This document shows positions 50,999-63,119 of a stretch of 64,000 nucleotides of DNA, piece after piece. Made by a program: the position numbers and the translations under genes. Each line of letters opens with the position of its first letter. Within the stretch, counting starts at the first letter, position 1. Origin of the DNA: Octopus sinensis (taxonomy: Eukaryota). The notes beneath the pieces are model-generated. The model did no database searches and was not told the origin of the DNA. It saw only the letters and a program-made list of their open reading frames with translations. Where the stretch lies: assembly GCF_006345805.1 (NCBI RefSeq), contig NC_043001.1:116808001-116872000 (forward strand), written 5' to 3'.

Positions 50999-51600
50999 GA
51001 AGGTAGTAAGCTGGCAGAATCATTAACTCGCTGGATTAAATGCTTAGCAGTACTTCGTCTGTCACTACTTTCTGTGTTCAAATTCTGCCGAGGTCAACTT
51101 TGCCTTCCATCCTTTTGGGGTTGATATATTAAGTACTAGTGAAACACTGGGGTTGATGTAATTGAATAAAACCTCTCACCCTAAATTTCAGGCCTTGTGC
51201 CTTTAGTAGAAAGGATTTTTATGAAGGTGGTGAGCTGGCAGAATTGTTAGCATGTTGGTCAAAAATGCCTATCAGCATTTCTTCTAACTCTGTATATTCT
51301 GAGTTCAAATTTTACCAAGACCTTTGCCTTTCATCTCTTCAGGATCAATAAAAATAAAGTAGCAGTCTAATACTAAGGTTGATGTAATTCAACTTACCCA
51401 CTCCCAACAAATTGCTGGCCTTGTGCCAAAATTAGAAAGTATTATTTTATAGGGTCAGTGAATTGGAGAGAACAGTTCATGTCAGACAAAAATGCCTTGC
51501 AGAATTTTTTTGACTCTTTACATTCTCAGTGCCAATTCCACTGACTTCAACTTCGCTTTTCATCCCACCCAAAATTGATAAAATAAGCTATACCAGTCAT
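50865..51600 (+). mobile_element. Head-to-tail train of about four SINE family B copies
   Basis: Repeated head, B-box, core and AT-rich tail units at ~50865, ~51000, ~51225, ~51455. Confidence 0.75.
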
Positions 51601-51647
51601 TGTGTTTTTTATATTTTATTTGTTTTTCTTTTTGTTTTCTTTTCCAG

Positions 51648-51734
51648 ATATGTGGTCTTGTACTATCACTTTGTCTCTTTAGATACATTAAACGGACCCC
51701 AACAGAGAACAGGGCGACTAGTGCACCACTTTAA
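51648..51734 (+). CDS. Tetraspanin terminal coding exon 8
   Basis: ttccag|ATA TGT GGT...CTT TAA; ICGLVLSLCLFRYIKRTPTENRATSAPL*. Total CDS 828 nt = 275 aa + stop. Confidence 0.92.
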   Translation: MCGLVLSLCLFRYIKRTPTENRATSAPL

Positions 51735-54700
51735 ATAAAGATTGATTGTCCAGCTTAATGTGTGAATATGTGTGTGTATATATATATGTATATACACACA
51801 CATTTCTTAAAAATAAATAGACACCATATTTGAAAAAGATTTATTTCTAGAAACAAAATAATGTTATTTGATGCATTTAATTACTTAATCTAGTAATTAG
51901 TAGTCTTGCTTTGTGCAGTTTTTAATAATATAATCCTTTTTGGGCATCATACAAACGATTGGTGTCCATCAAGATAAAACAGTAGAATGAGGGTGTGTCT
52001 ATTTACTTTTGAGATGTGTGTGTGTGTTTACATGTTTATAAATTCACACATGCATACATATGTATATCCATGTATATATGTTCAATACACACAAACAACA
52101 TAATTGCATGTACAAATGTATGTAAGTGTGTCTATGATATATATATATATATATATATGTTTGGGTGTACAAATGGAATAGCATGTACTCAGTGCGTGTA
52201 GAGACTATTTATTTGTTCCAAGTTGATGATTCATTTCATTGCCAGTTTGAGTTTCTCACTTTTCTGCTTTTGTTTGTTCATATATATATATGTGTGTGTG
52301 TCTGTGTGTGTATACACACTATACACACACGCATACATGCATACCTTTGTCTGCTTACTGCTACAAAGGCACCTAAAACAATTAGCAAAAGCATGGTTCA
52401 AGCTTTCAGCTCATACTTATTTGTGTGTGACAGCTAATCTATATATATATATGTGTGTATATATATATATTTCGATTTATAAAGTAAGTTTGTTATTTTG
52501 TACATAAAAACTGAATTTTCTTTCTGCTTGTCATTAACTTAGTAACTAATTAAAGATTTGCTTAGTTATGATTCATTATCATCTGATGAAATCCAGCAAT
52601 CTAAAGGTGTTGCTATTTCTCTCTCATCTTTTAGTGAGTGCATTGTTTTGAAAGATATCCATCACATGGCCCTTGTTGGGTATAGTTTATGATGACCATC
52701 TGGTTGACTTCATACACAGTCATCATCTCTCCCCCATTCTACTTGTAGGACTTACAACTGAAGCTTTACAAAGGGTCTTATCCCTACTGTATTGATTATT
52801 ATTGATATTACTAGGGTGTAGTAGATTGGTGGAATTATTAGAGCTTTAGAAAATTGCCTTGTGGTATTCCTTCCAGTTCTTTATAGTTTAAATTTTGCCA
52901 AGATCAACTTTTGCCTCTTATCCTTTCATCCTTTCAAATAGATAAAGTATAGCATCAGTCAAGTAATGGGTTGATATTATCAACTATAATTCATCCCTCT
53001 AAATTTCTGACCTTGTGCCTATATTAAAAACAATTGCTATTATTCTGAGAGCCTGTTTGGAATTTTCTTGATTTTCTGAAATTCATTTGCTTCTAAAATT
53101 TAAAAATAGAGAAAAGGGAAAAATATTAAAAAAATAAACTTCTTGCAACAAGAGAACATGTGGAACTTAAATACTTCTGACAAAGTTGCTCTCTCGGTTG
53201 CTTTCATAGAAGTGGTTGTGATGTTTAGTTCTTGATCAAAGCAAATTGTTACCATCTCATGTTTGAGGGGTATAGTTTACATTATCTGATGTGCCTTTGC
53301 TTTTTTTGAAGAGGATGCTATTTATGGGATGTTTTTCTGCTATCTTTAACAGGTGTAATGTCCACTTATCCTTATTGGCTTGTAATAGTTTTGCAAAACT
53401 TTAGCTGTGAATATTACCACTTCTGTGAGATTTTCTCCTGTTCTGTAAAAATTGCTTTTAGAGTACAAACGACTTTTTTGCATGGAAGTTGCCTTCTCTT
53501 CAGAAATATTTTTTACTAATTCTTGTTGCTTCCTCTACAGCAATTTTCTTATGGATGCTGTCTTCTCATTAGACAGTTCCTCTCCAACAGTAATTACTGT
53601 ATTAAAATTTCTTATGACAAAATTTATCAGGGTTTAGACTGTCATTTAGTTTAGTGTATTGTTGTTTGCCTCAAGTCAACTTTATCTAAAAGGACCTATG
53701 ATCAAAGCTGTTCCAGCTGTAATCCTTTTTTAAGACAGTAGTGTGTGAGTTTAGGGAGATTTGACTGCTATTTCTAGCAAATCAGTTACTCATGTTAAGA
53801 GTGTCTCATTGTCAGACTAACTGTGGAAACATTAACAGCTTGCACTTCATCACTCTTATACAGTAAGCCAACAAAGGCACCTATGTATGGTTGCTTGAAC
53901 TGTTAAAAATGGCAGCCAAATCTCCTTCAAATCTTTCCCTACCATTTTAAATATAAGAAGGACACATTCAATAAAATACTTGAAGTACATTGTATGAAAA
54001 GAAGAAAAATAGGATGATTATGATTGGAAGATTTTTGATAATGTGTCTGCTAAATCAGGGTTGACTTGGGTTAAACAACAACAAATCTGTTTATTTGTAA
54101 TGTTGTTTAACTTTCTCTTACACAGTCAGTCTACTGTAAACAGTGGGAGCACTGCATGGTTAATGAGCATTTATTTTATGTTGCAATGTGGAATTCAAGT
54201 TTTCCTATAAACATGGGTCATTATAGAAATATTCACATTATAGCCATGTCTCAATCAATCCAATAATGACCATCCAAAGCAAAACCTTAATGTGAGTGAA
54301 TTTTACAAAGAATTTTTCACAGCAACCACTGCAAAACAGTAAACTCCCAGAAAGTGGGTAGGCATGGGTCCATGTGGTTAAGGAGTGGGTCCATGTGGTT
54401 AAGGAGTTTGTAAGTGAAAATATATGAACCCTTTACGTGACACACAGCACAAGTATCTTGTAATAGAGCCTTCAATTGGCAATACATTAATTAGAATTTG
54501 ATAGACAGAAACTCTGGAATCTCATTTGGGCATGCTAGAAGAGTGCATAAATGTTGGGTGTAAGTACATGTGTGCATGTGTATATGTTTGTATGAGTGTA
54601 TGTGTGTGTGTCTGTATCTTTTGACATATATTGGAATGTTCTGTTAAACACCAGTCTGAGAACAAAGAAACCAATTCTCTGTGCTGACTCTTGTTGCTAT

Positions 54701-56202
54701 CTTCATTAGAAAATATGGTGAACGAGTGATATTAGTTTATTGGAAAATTGTAACTAACAGCACCATTATTCATAAATCATGTATATAAAACTAAGTGAAA
54801 CCCACACCAAGGTTTTACTTCCGCTTACTACAACATCATTTCTATAAATGCCTTCAGTGGAAAGTATGAATGTATCATCATTTTTCCCTTACTTCTCCCA
54901 ACTCAAAAGGACTAATTGGACATCCCATAATATGAAATACCAAAACATTTGATTTTACGCATTATGTATTCTGCTGACAATTATGGGGCTCCTGACAAAT
55001 TTAATTCTTGTCAGCCTTTTACTTATTTCTTCCCAATTTTCTATCCATGTCTTACCCATGTAAAATAAACTTTTCGCTCAAAGTGGAATCTAAGCAAAGA
55101 AATCAATAAACATGCTGACATATATCATTATTATTCCTTTACCAGTTTATTTCTTCTGTGAGAAAGATTAAAGGTTGCTAATCTTCAAAAGCTTTTATCT
55201 TTTTATTAGAGAGAGAGAGAGAGATTCTCTAAACTCCCCTCTTTTTTTTTTGCTGGTATTTTAAGTGCTATTTCAACTACATGGACAAAATTTATTTCCA
55301 AACCCTAAGTTTTTATTAATTTCAATATAACTTTTTGTCAGGTGCCGGTATGGTTCTGTGGTTAATAAATTTTCTTTGCAACCACTGTGTTCAGACCCAC
55401 TATGTGGCACTTTGGTCAAAGAATCTTGAATTATAGTCATCGGTTGACTGTTGCCTTATGAGTAAATTTGATGGTTCTTCCATACAGATATAAACCGTGA
55501 AATGGAATTGAAACCTCAGGTGAACAGCCAGATTACACTTTTGCCTGGCAGTATACTTCCACTCAAAAATGTCTCAATGAATGCCTGGTTGTGTCCTGGT
55601 TTTAATTTGGAAAATATCGACGACAAAAGCAGTATGTAGGTTCTTTCACTATGATGTACTGAACTCATAAAAACTCTGATATGAGCCAAACAATAATATG
55701 TTTGTGAAGATTTTCTGAACTGTGGTGACAAGATTCATTGCTTTAGTTGTTGCTGATACCTCTGAGATGAGGAGCCTGAATCTGCTAAACTGCAATTATC
55801 TTAGTAACATCAATTTACACATTGATGGGTGTCTTCAAGCCCTCCATTCCCTGACCACTGTGCACTTTCGTTACTTGTCCTTCAGTGTTTGTTACCACCA
55901 ATACATCTAAACCTCTTGATTCAGAATCCTTTGAGTCTAGAAACCTATCAAAATTTTCAGATTCTGCAATATCTGACACTTTGAAGATCTTTCGATGTGA
56001 AAATTATGCAAGTTCTTTAGTAACTGCAACAGACCTGTTTCTAATGAATTACTAAATATGCTTTGGGTATGGTACTAGATCAGTAACAAAGAATTAATTT
56101 ATTTACATATTTGACTAAGTAATACAAAAGTATTTACGTTTTTGACTAAGTAATACAAAAGTTCCAAATAACCACTAGAAATAAAGCTTTAAACAAAATT
56201 GT

Positions 56203-56430
56203 TATCTTGGTGGATGGTCATTTTGCCAATAAATACACTATTTATTTGATCTTCAGTTTAGCATTATTATTATTAGTCTATTTGTCAGAGTTCTTTTGTG
56301 ACCCATCCTGTGACCTCTTCAATGACTATCTGTTCTTCTCTTCCACGTCTCCTCTTCTCTCTGTTCTCATCCTGTCTATTTCCATCTTGTCTTTCTGTGG
56401 TATGTATCCCTATCTGTGCATGCATTTATA
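56203..56430 (-). repeat. Inverted copy of the PLE 3' terminal region (pairs with ~58706-58904)
   Basis: GGTCATTTTGCCAATAAA and CCCTATCTG.GCATG blocks shared in inverted orientation; the spurious ORFs 56207..56443(+) and 58670..58900(-) are visibly homologous. Confidence 0.8.
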
Positions 56431-57604
56431 TCTCTGTGTGTAGTTGTTAGGTTGAGGCTTCGTCTATTTTCTGTATATCAATAAGATCCTAACTTCTTTG
56501 TTATCTATTACAGCCTATGATCTGACAGGCTGTGTAATATGCAGTACGGATCTGGTATTTCTATATCCACCCAGCGATATTGATTTTGCTGTGGAGAATT
56601 GTGTGGAGAGGATCAGCAAGAGTGATGTGGAGTTTCGTAGTGTTGATATAGAGAAACTGGGTCTCCTCCTTAGACTTACATGAAACAAAGGGTACCTAGA
56701 AAAACATGACCTTAGCTGTTTCTGCATCAGTAGACCAAAATGAGGTAGACCTACTATCAACTCATTGGCCAAGAAGACCCCTATGGAAAGCTGGAGCAGG
56801 TGGACCAGAGCCATAATGGTTTCCCAAAAACTATGAACAGATGAGAAAAATTGTTGCACATGTGGTAGATGCGAGTACCAAAGTTACAAATAAGGGGCAC
56901 ATGTTTAAGTTCAATATCAAAATATATGCCTCCAAAAAGGAGGCAGCCATTGTTATCAGCATCACTGGCAATTAGGCCAACCTCTTTATGCTACGGTGAG
57001 ACAGGAGACTCAAAGAACGCTGAGCAGAGAGCTTCAAAGCTCTAACCATGTATTCTTGCTACGTTGACGATATCTACATAGCAAAAGCACCTTCACAAGA
57101 CTATTTATGAATCTCAACTAGAAGCTAGCTCCATAGAGGGCATCCAGCAAATAGCTTATCCCATCTACCAGAGTATTGAGGTAACAATAGATTACCTAAG
57201 TAAGTACCTCAACCACTGAACTCTGGCTGCAAACTAGGAATAACAAAATGCAAATTCTCCATTTGCACTTTGCCAATTCCATGGTCTCCAAATACCTGAG
57301 CCACCAGAATGCAGAAACTTCGGATGATACTAAGTTCAATATCTTAATAGTGGACTTAATAAGGGTGATGAGTAACGTGTTCCACATGTGTGACCCAACG
57401 GAATTAGAGAGACATGTACACCTCATCCACCACATGTAGCCCTCTGGGTACAATCAAAGAGACAGGATCAGGCTGTACAAAGGAGTCCTGACAAAATTCA
57501 AGACCATCATAGAGAATCTCGCTAATGGAATGTGCCTATTATACAGGAGTAGATCATGCAATAGCATAGAAAGGACTAAGAAGAAGACAGATATGATCAA
57601 CTCA

Positions 57605-57854
57605 ATAAGGCGGCAAGCTGGAAAAGGCGGCGAGCTGGCAGAAACGTTAGCACGTCGGGCGAAATGCTTAGCGGTATTTCGTCTGCGTTACGTTGTGAGT
57701 TCAAATTCCGCCGAGGTCGACTTTGCCTTTCATCCTTTCGGGGTCGATAAATTAAGTACCAGTTACGCACTGGGGTCGATGTAATCGACTTAATACCTAT
57801 GTCTGTCCTTGTTTGTCCCCTCTATGTTTAGCCCCTTGTGGGTAATAAAGAAAT
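57605..57854 (+). mobile_element. Young SINE family B insertion with 16-bp TSD
   Basis: AGATATGATCAACTCA at 57589-57604 and 57855-57870; short duplicated 5' start. Confidence 0.93.
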
Positions 57855-58353
57855 AGATATGATCAACTCATGGTATGACAGCCCCAAATCCCAGAACGTC
57901 ACGTTCATCGATGCTACCGCTGGAGGCGAACTAGCGTATTATGTTAGAAAAGCTTACGTAAGCTGTATCTGGGGATTAAAGTAGTAGAAAGGTCAAGAAC
58001 TCCTATAAAAATCTCTGATCTGCAGAACACAGGCATTTCAAAGAACATCCTGTACTGATACGAATTGTATAGTGCGTAGAATAATTCCACAGATAAAGGT
58101 CAAAACTAGGAATGCGGTCTAGAGCATAAGATGTACAGAGGGATGGGGCAAAAACAGGACAACGACATACATTGACGAGACAACCAGTAGCATAGAAAAG
58201 ATGGCACGTGAACACTGGCAGGAACTGAAGGAGGAGGAGGAGAAAAGCTCATCACTGCTAAACTAGAAGATGGGGATTCGATAGATAAATAGAAGTTTAA
58301 GATCTTATCAATACAGAACAGACATAACACTCAGATAACGGAAGCCACACACA

Positions 58354-58519
58354 GTCTTTTCTACTCTAGGCATATGGCCCGAAATTTTTAGGGAGGGAGC
58401 CAGTCGATTAGATGGACTCCATTACGCAACTGGTACTTAATTTATCGACCCTGAAAGGATGCAAGGCAAAGGCGAACTCGGTGGAATTTGAACTCAGAAC
58501 GTAAAGATAGACGAAAGAG
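58354..58519 (-). mobile_element. 5'-truncated SINE family B insertion with 10-bp TSD
   Basis: GCCACACACA at 58344-58353 and 58520-58529; removal restores the PLE endonuclease reading. Confidence 0.85.
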
Positions 58520-59025
58520 GCCACACACAATAGAAAATGGACTGAACCTCAACAGAAACCATGAATGGGATAATGACACCCCCCCCCCTCCCCTCGAGCA
58601 ACCCGAAGACTAAAGACGAGGGGAAAAAAGAGACAGTATAATATACAAATCCATACCCATACAAGATACTCATACATATACCAAGCACATAGACGCTGAC
58701 GTGAACACATGCGCAGATAGGGTTACGAGATGGAATAGACTTGACAAGACCAAAGAGAAGAGGAGACATGGAGGAGAGAGATAATCATCGAAGAGGATAC
58801 AGAAAGCGTGATGAAATAACTCTAACAAATAAACTAATAATAATGATAATAGAGCTAAATAAATAGTGCGTATGTTTATTGGCAAAATGACCGTCCCCAA
58901 ATATGATAATATCTTATTAAAAATACGATTTTACGTCAAGAATCTTGCAAAACAAACACAAACGTTTAAACAAAATGTTATTTTAACAACGAAGTCATTT
59001 AGTTGTCGCATCTGAAGAAAGCTTA

Positions 59026-59482
59026 CCGTAAATCTTCGAGTATAATCCGCATTTTTTCCCCAAAATTTAAAGGTCAAAATCCCTAGTGCGTACTATATAC
59101 GAGGTTAAAAATGAAAAATCATTTCCTAAGCAATGTCCGAGTCTCTATTTGCTGTCCGGCAATGTTTATTCAGACGTATTTTGTGATGTCGGGCGCGGAA
59201 ATACCTTAAGCTAAGCCTGAAAGCAATGAAGTCATAAAAGAACCATCCATAACTTGCAGTAAGCAACATTTATTAAACGTTATTACTGTTATTTCTTTAT
59301 TTTCTGCAAACAAAATGCACAAAAAAGTTACACGTTTGCATTCTGTTATATATACAATAATAATAAAGGACTTAGAGAAGGGGTGCGTATTATACACAAG
59401 GTTTAGGTTTTTCAGAGGTACAGCCTCCTAAAAATCCCCTGCGTATTATACTCAAGGGCGGACTATACTCGAGGATCTATGG
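59026..59482. mobile_element. pogo/Tigger-like MITE
   Basis: TA|CCGTAAATCTTCGAGTATAATCCGC ... GCGGACTATACTCGAGGATCTATGG|TA. Confidence 0.85.
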
Positions 59483-59843
59483 TACGTTTTATTCAGACCT
59501 AAAAAATGCGGCAGCTTTTTGTTTATTGGATGAGTAAGTGGTTTACAGAGGGGTACTAAGAAGTATCAAAGAGTGAAGCTGTGGGTGACCTCTGTATATT
59601 TAGTGTACTACTCAAATGGACAAGGCCATATTCAGAAATAATTTTTGACAACTAAGAACACTAAATAATAGCAAGTTAAATCTATAAATGCTAGTATAAC
59701 AATAAAAACATTACAAACATATTCGATTACGAAATGATAATATTTGTACTCGCATTCCTGAAACAGAATATGTTGATAATCCTGACGGCATCTTCACGTA
59801 GAACTAACTGCATTTGCGTTCGTTCATCAATATATATAATACA

Positions 59844-59888
<45 letters not shown>

Positions 59889-60599
59889 CAAAATAAGCAA
59901 CAAGAATATCTCCGGTAATTTGGTACGATCGTTTTACGCTACATCATTTTATTAAATGTTGTAAGTATTACAACAGTTTTAAAATGTTGAGCAATCATCA
60001 GCCAATTTATAGAGGTTTCCCATTAAAGCATAATTTTCATATTAATTGATAACATTATAGAGAAGGTAGATATATAGACAAAGATGTTGATTTGAATTTT
60101 AAGAACATTAAGGTAGTAGAGCTTATCTTATGACTGAAGAGTTCCTTAAGTTATTTTGAACTGCTAGAAGGTTGCGAGGCACATTCAGTTGAAGGAGACA
60201 AAAGGGGTTTTCTATTTATAGAAATGGGCTTAAGTAAATGTCAGAAATTATTCATTAAAAGTGGAGAGGGTGTTATAATGCCCTTGGGGGCTGTTTACTA
60301 CTATTTGGCAAACAGATCTTGTATCAAGAAAACTAGGTCAATGTCAAATGATTACAATGACCACCTATATACCCAAGAAAAAAGTTAAAGAGAATTACAG
60401 AGATTCCTTTACACCCACACACATCAGCTCCACATTTATCTGGTAGGTGTTGATTATATTGATACGTTGGATTAAAGTAGAAATTATACATCTAATATTT
60501 ATTCATTTTGGAGAAAATCTATCAGTTAATGTGAGTAGGCATATTACTTAATAACTGAGGACAAGAGTCTTATTAATAAAGTGAATGCATTAGGGGTTA

Positions 60600-61439
60600 A
60601 ATATATATTATAAAAAGAGAGAGAAAGAGAGAGAATTTAATTCTAAATATGCAATGAAGTTTTTAGTAATCTATGCATGTTGAATTAAAAGCTAGTATGG
60701 TATATTCATTCTTAATTAGTTATAAAGAATTGGAAATTTGAAAAAAAATTAAGAATGGTCGCAATATCATTATTTGAAATATTTAAACGTACGGGTTGTG
60801 CGATGTATGCAAGATACTCCTAGCTCCGAACGGTTATTTAACAGATTTGCATTATTCCTATGTTTTAAAATCACATATGTTTCCATAGAACAAAGTTCAC
60901 AACCATCTCTGCTATTTTTATAAGGCCGCGCTTTTCTTACTATGTCCCATTTCAGGTCAAATTCTATATTATTCCTTTTCAGTTCCCAAATTTTACTAGA
61001 CAATGTTGTGCAACCTGCCTTGTGTTTAAGCCTAAAGGAGGAAAAATGATTGTTTAAACGTTTTTTTCAAATCCACCGAACAACCGAAATAAAGATAGTT
61101 GTTATTTGAAGTCACTATTGTACATTTATAAATTGCATTTTGGACCAAACAGCGGCCAGAAACCGGGCATTTTGATCTGATCCTATTACAACTGGGGGGA
61201 TAATTCCTGGTACTAGTGTTATTTATGGACAGTTCGTTTTTTGTTATTCGAGTTATTATTAGTATTAGTGTTATTTGCTCTAACTGTAGTTATATTGTTA
61301 TGTAAACTTGGATTACTAGTTATTAATCCATTCTCACTATCCTCACCTACTACAATTTTACCTTTACTACCTATATTATTGATGATGTTATTATCATTAT
61401 TTATATTAATGTTGTTATTATTATTAATATTATTATCAC

Positions 61440-61472
<33 letters not shown>

Positions 61473-62414
61473 CATTATCATCATTATCATCATCATCATT
61501 ATTATTATTACCATGTTTATTATCATTATTACCATTACTATTGTTATTATTATTTATACTATCTCTAGCTAACTTTATATTTTTAGTATTTAGTCTAGCT
61601 ATTATGGTAGCCATATTTGGAAGAGTAGAATATGATATTCTTACTGATTTCTTAGAAATTATTTTATAATATTTATGGGAAGCTGGGAAGTTTTTTTTTT
61701 CTAGTATAGACACAAATCTACTGTGTATATTCGTAGAGATCGCACAGATGAAGGGGATATTTAACCAGATAACATTTTTTCTTTTGTATTTTTTATTTGA
61801 GTAAGAGCGGGAAAGATTAATGTTATCTATATTCTTACGAGATTCATATTCCTTTCAGTATTATATTTATGTTTATTAGGTTTTTTCTTTGTGGGAGAGA
61901 TTTTATATTCTTATTTACATTTATTTTATCTGGTTTAACATTTTCATATTTATTTATGATCTGTTTAATATTTTCACTCATATTATTGAGTTTATATACT
62001 AGGTTCTTTTCTTCTATTGATTTATGTTTATTTAGAGTATGAGATTCTAAATTATTTGAGCTATTTACATTCACTTCATCGTTTAAGAGATTTAAGTTAT
62101 CAAGATCCAGGAAGGTGATTTCTTGGTTGTATCCGGCCTTGGATAATGCATCATTATAATGATTCGAGTGGGAGTCAAAAATATCCATATTCGATGATAA
62201 TTTGGAAATTCTCCGAGAGATATTTTTCATTATTGATTTTAGTATATTAGGGAGGTGATTAGATAATTTCTTTACGTATCTGGTAATCTCACTTTCCTTT
62301 CTAAACGGGTGATATAACTTTGAATTTAAGTCAAAGGTAATGTCTAGAAAATTCACTATCTTGGTGTTATGTTCATACGTAATACCTAAGTTTGAATCTA
62401 AATTTTGCTGAACC
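60600..62414 (-). mobile_element. Penelope-like element (Hydra-clade-like), 5'-truncated at (TA)n
   Basis: IVNFLDITFDL..PFRK..SNHLP..ISRRIS..ALSKAGY; KRKNVIWLNIPF; RISYSTLPNM; CN..CPVSGRCL..AIYKC..YFG..RLNNHFSSF..LSSKIWELK..CELC..LLNNRSEL..C.H. About three frameshifts; 3' boundary approximate. Confidence 0.88.
61430..61510. repeat. (ATT)n/(ATC)n microsatellite in frame within the PLE ORF
   Basis: Encodes poly-Asn/Asp on the minus strand. Confidence 0.9.
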
Positions 62415-62903
62415 TATATATATATATATATATATATTTGTAAGTAATGCTTTAGTGCTTGAAGTTGTTGAATTTGTCCCAGTTTATAAGATTTATATTT
62501 TCTGGATCATTTGACATAGCTGAAGCCATTCTGTTTACGTTTTGCATTTGTCTCATAATGCTTTATGAAATTTATAAATTACCAAGTAATTTTATTTCCA
62601 TTTAATTGAACAACTTTTAGAACATTGTCATTTTATACGATGTTGCTGGCAAATTCTTAAATTAACATAAACATTTATTATATGAAAGAAATTTACCGGA
62701 GAACCTTCTTCTAATTCTTCCAAATTTTTCTGCTAAAACTGTATTGAAACCATTTGTGGGAAAGAAACGGAATAACAAAACCCAACAATGCAGTCAGAAA
62801 CGCTTAATGTAGGCCAACTGCGAAGAGAGGTTTTGCTCTGAAGTTGTTGGTATTCTAATCAGAATGAAACGAAATTCTTATCGTAAATTGATTATTTTAT
62901 CCT

Positions 62904-62945
<42 letters not shown>

Positions 62946-63029
62946 CATGTATAAAATTAAATATTAAACACTTTTGCTTTCAAAGTATTACCGCTCACGT
63001 AACATTTACAAATTCACATACATACATAC

Positions 63030-63045
63030 ATACATGCATACATAT

Positions 63046-63117
<72 letters not shown>
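63030..63117. repeat. (TACA)n/(TA)n microsatellite
   Basis: Abuts the 3' end of the Neptune-like PLE. Confidence 0.9.
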
Positions 63118-63119
63118 GG

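Larger units (their letters stand above)
56440..58904 (+). mobile_element. Penelope-like element, 5'-truncated: RT with long A-B' insertion, thumb, C-terminal GIY-YIG
   Basis: CSTDLVFLYP (motif A), KKEAAIVISITGN*ANLFM (B'), YSCYVDD (C), SGYNQRDR, WY..VTFIDAT.GGEL, Cys pairs, NAV*SIRC..TYIDET..AREHW, QITEA..LNRNHEW; many stops and frameshifts. Confidence 0.85.

Noticed and set aside
59940-60600. Possible decayed ORF between the pogo MITE and the PLE; CTGAAGA at 60134
   Set aside because: No diagnostic motif, and no GAAA follows the stem, so not a hammerhead.
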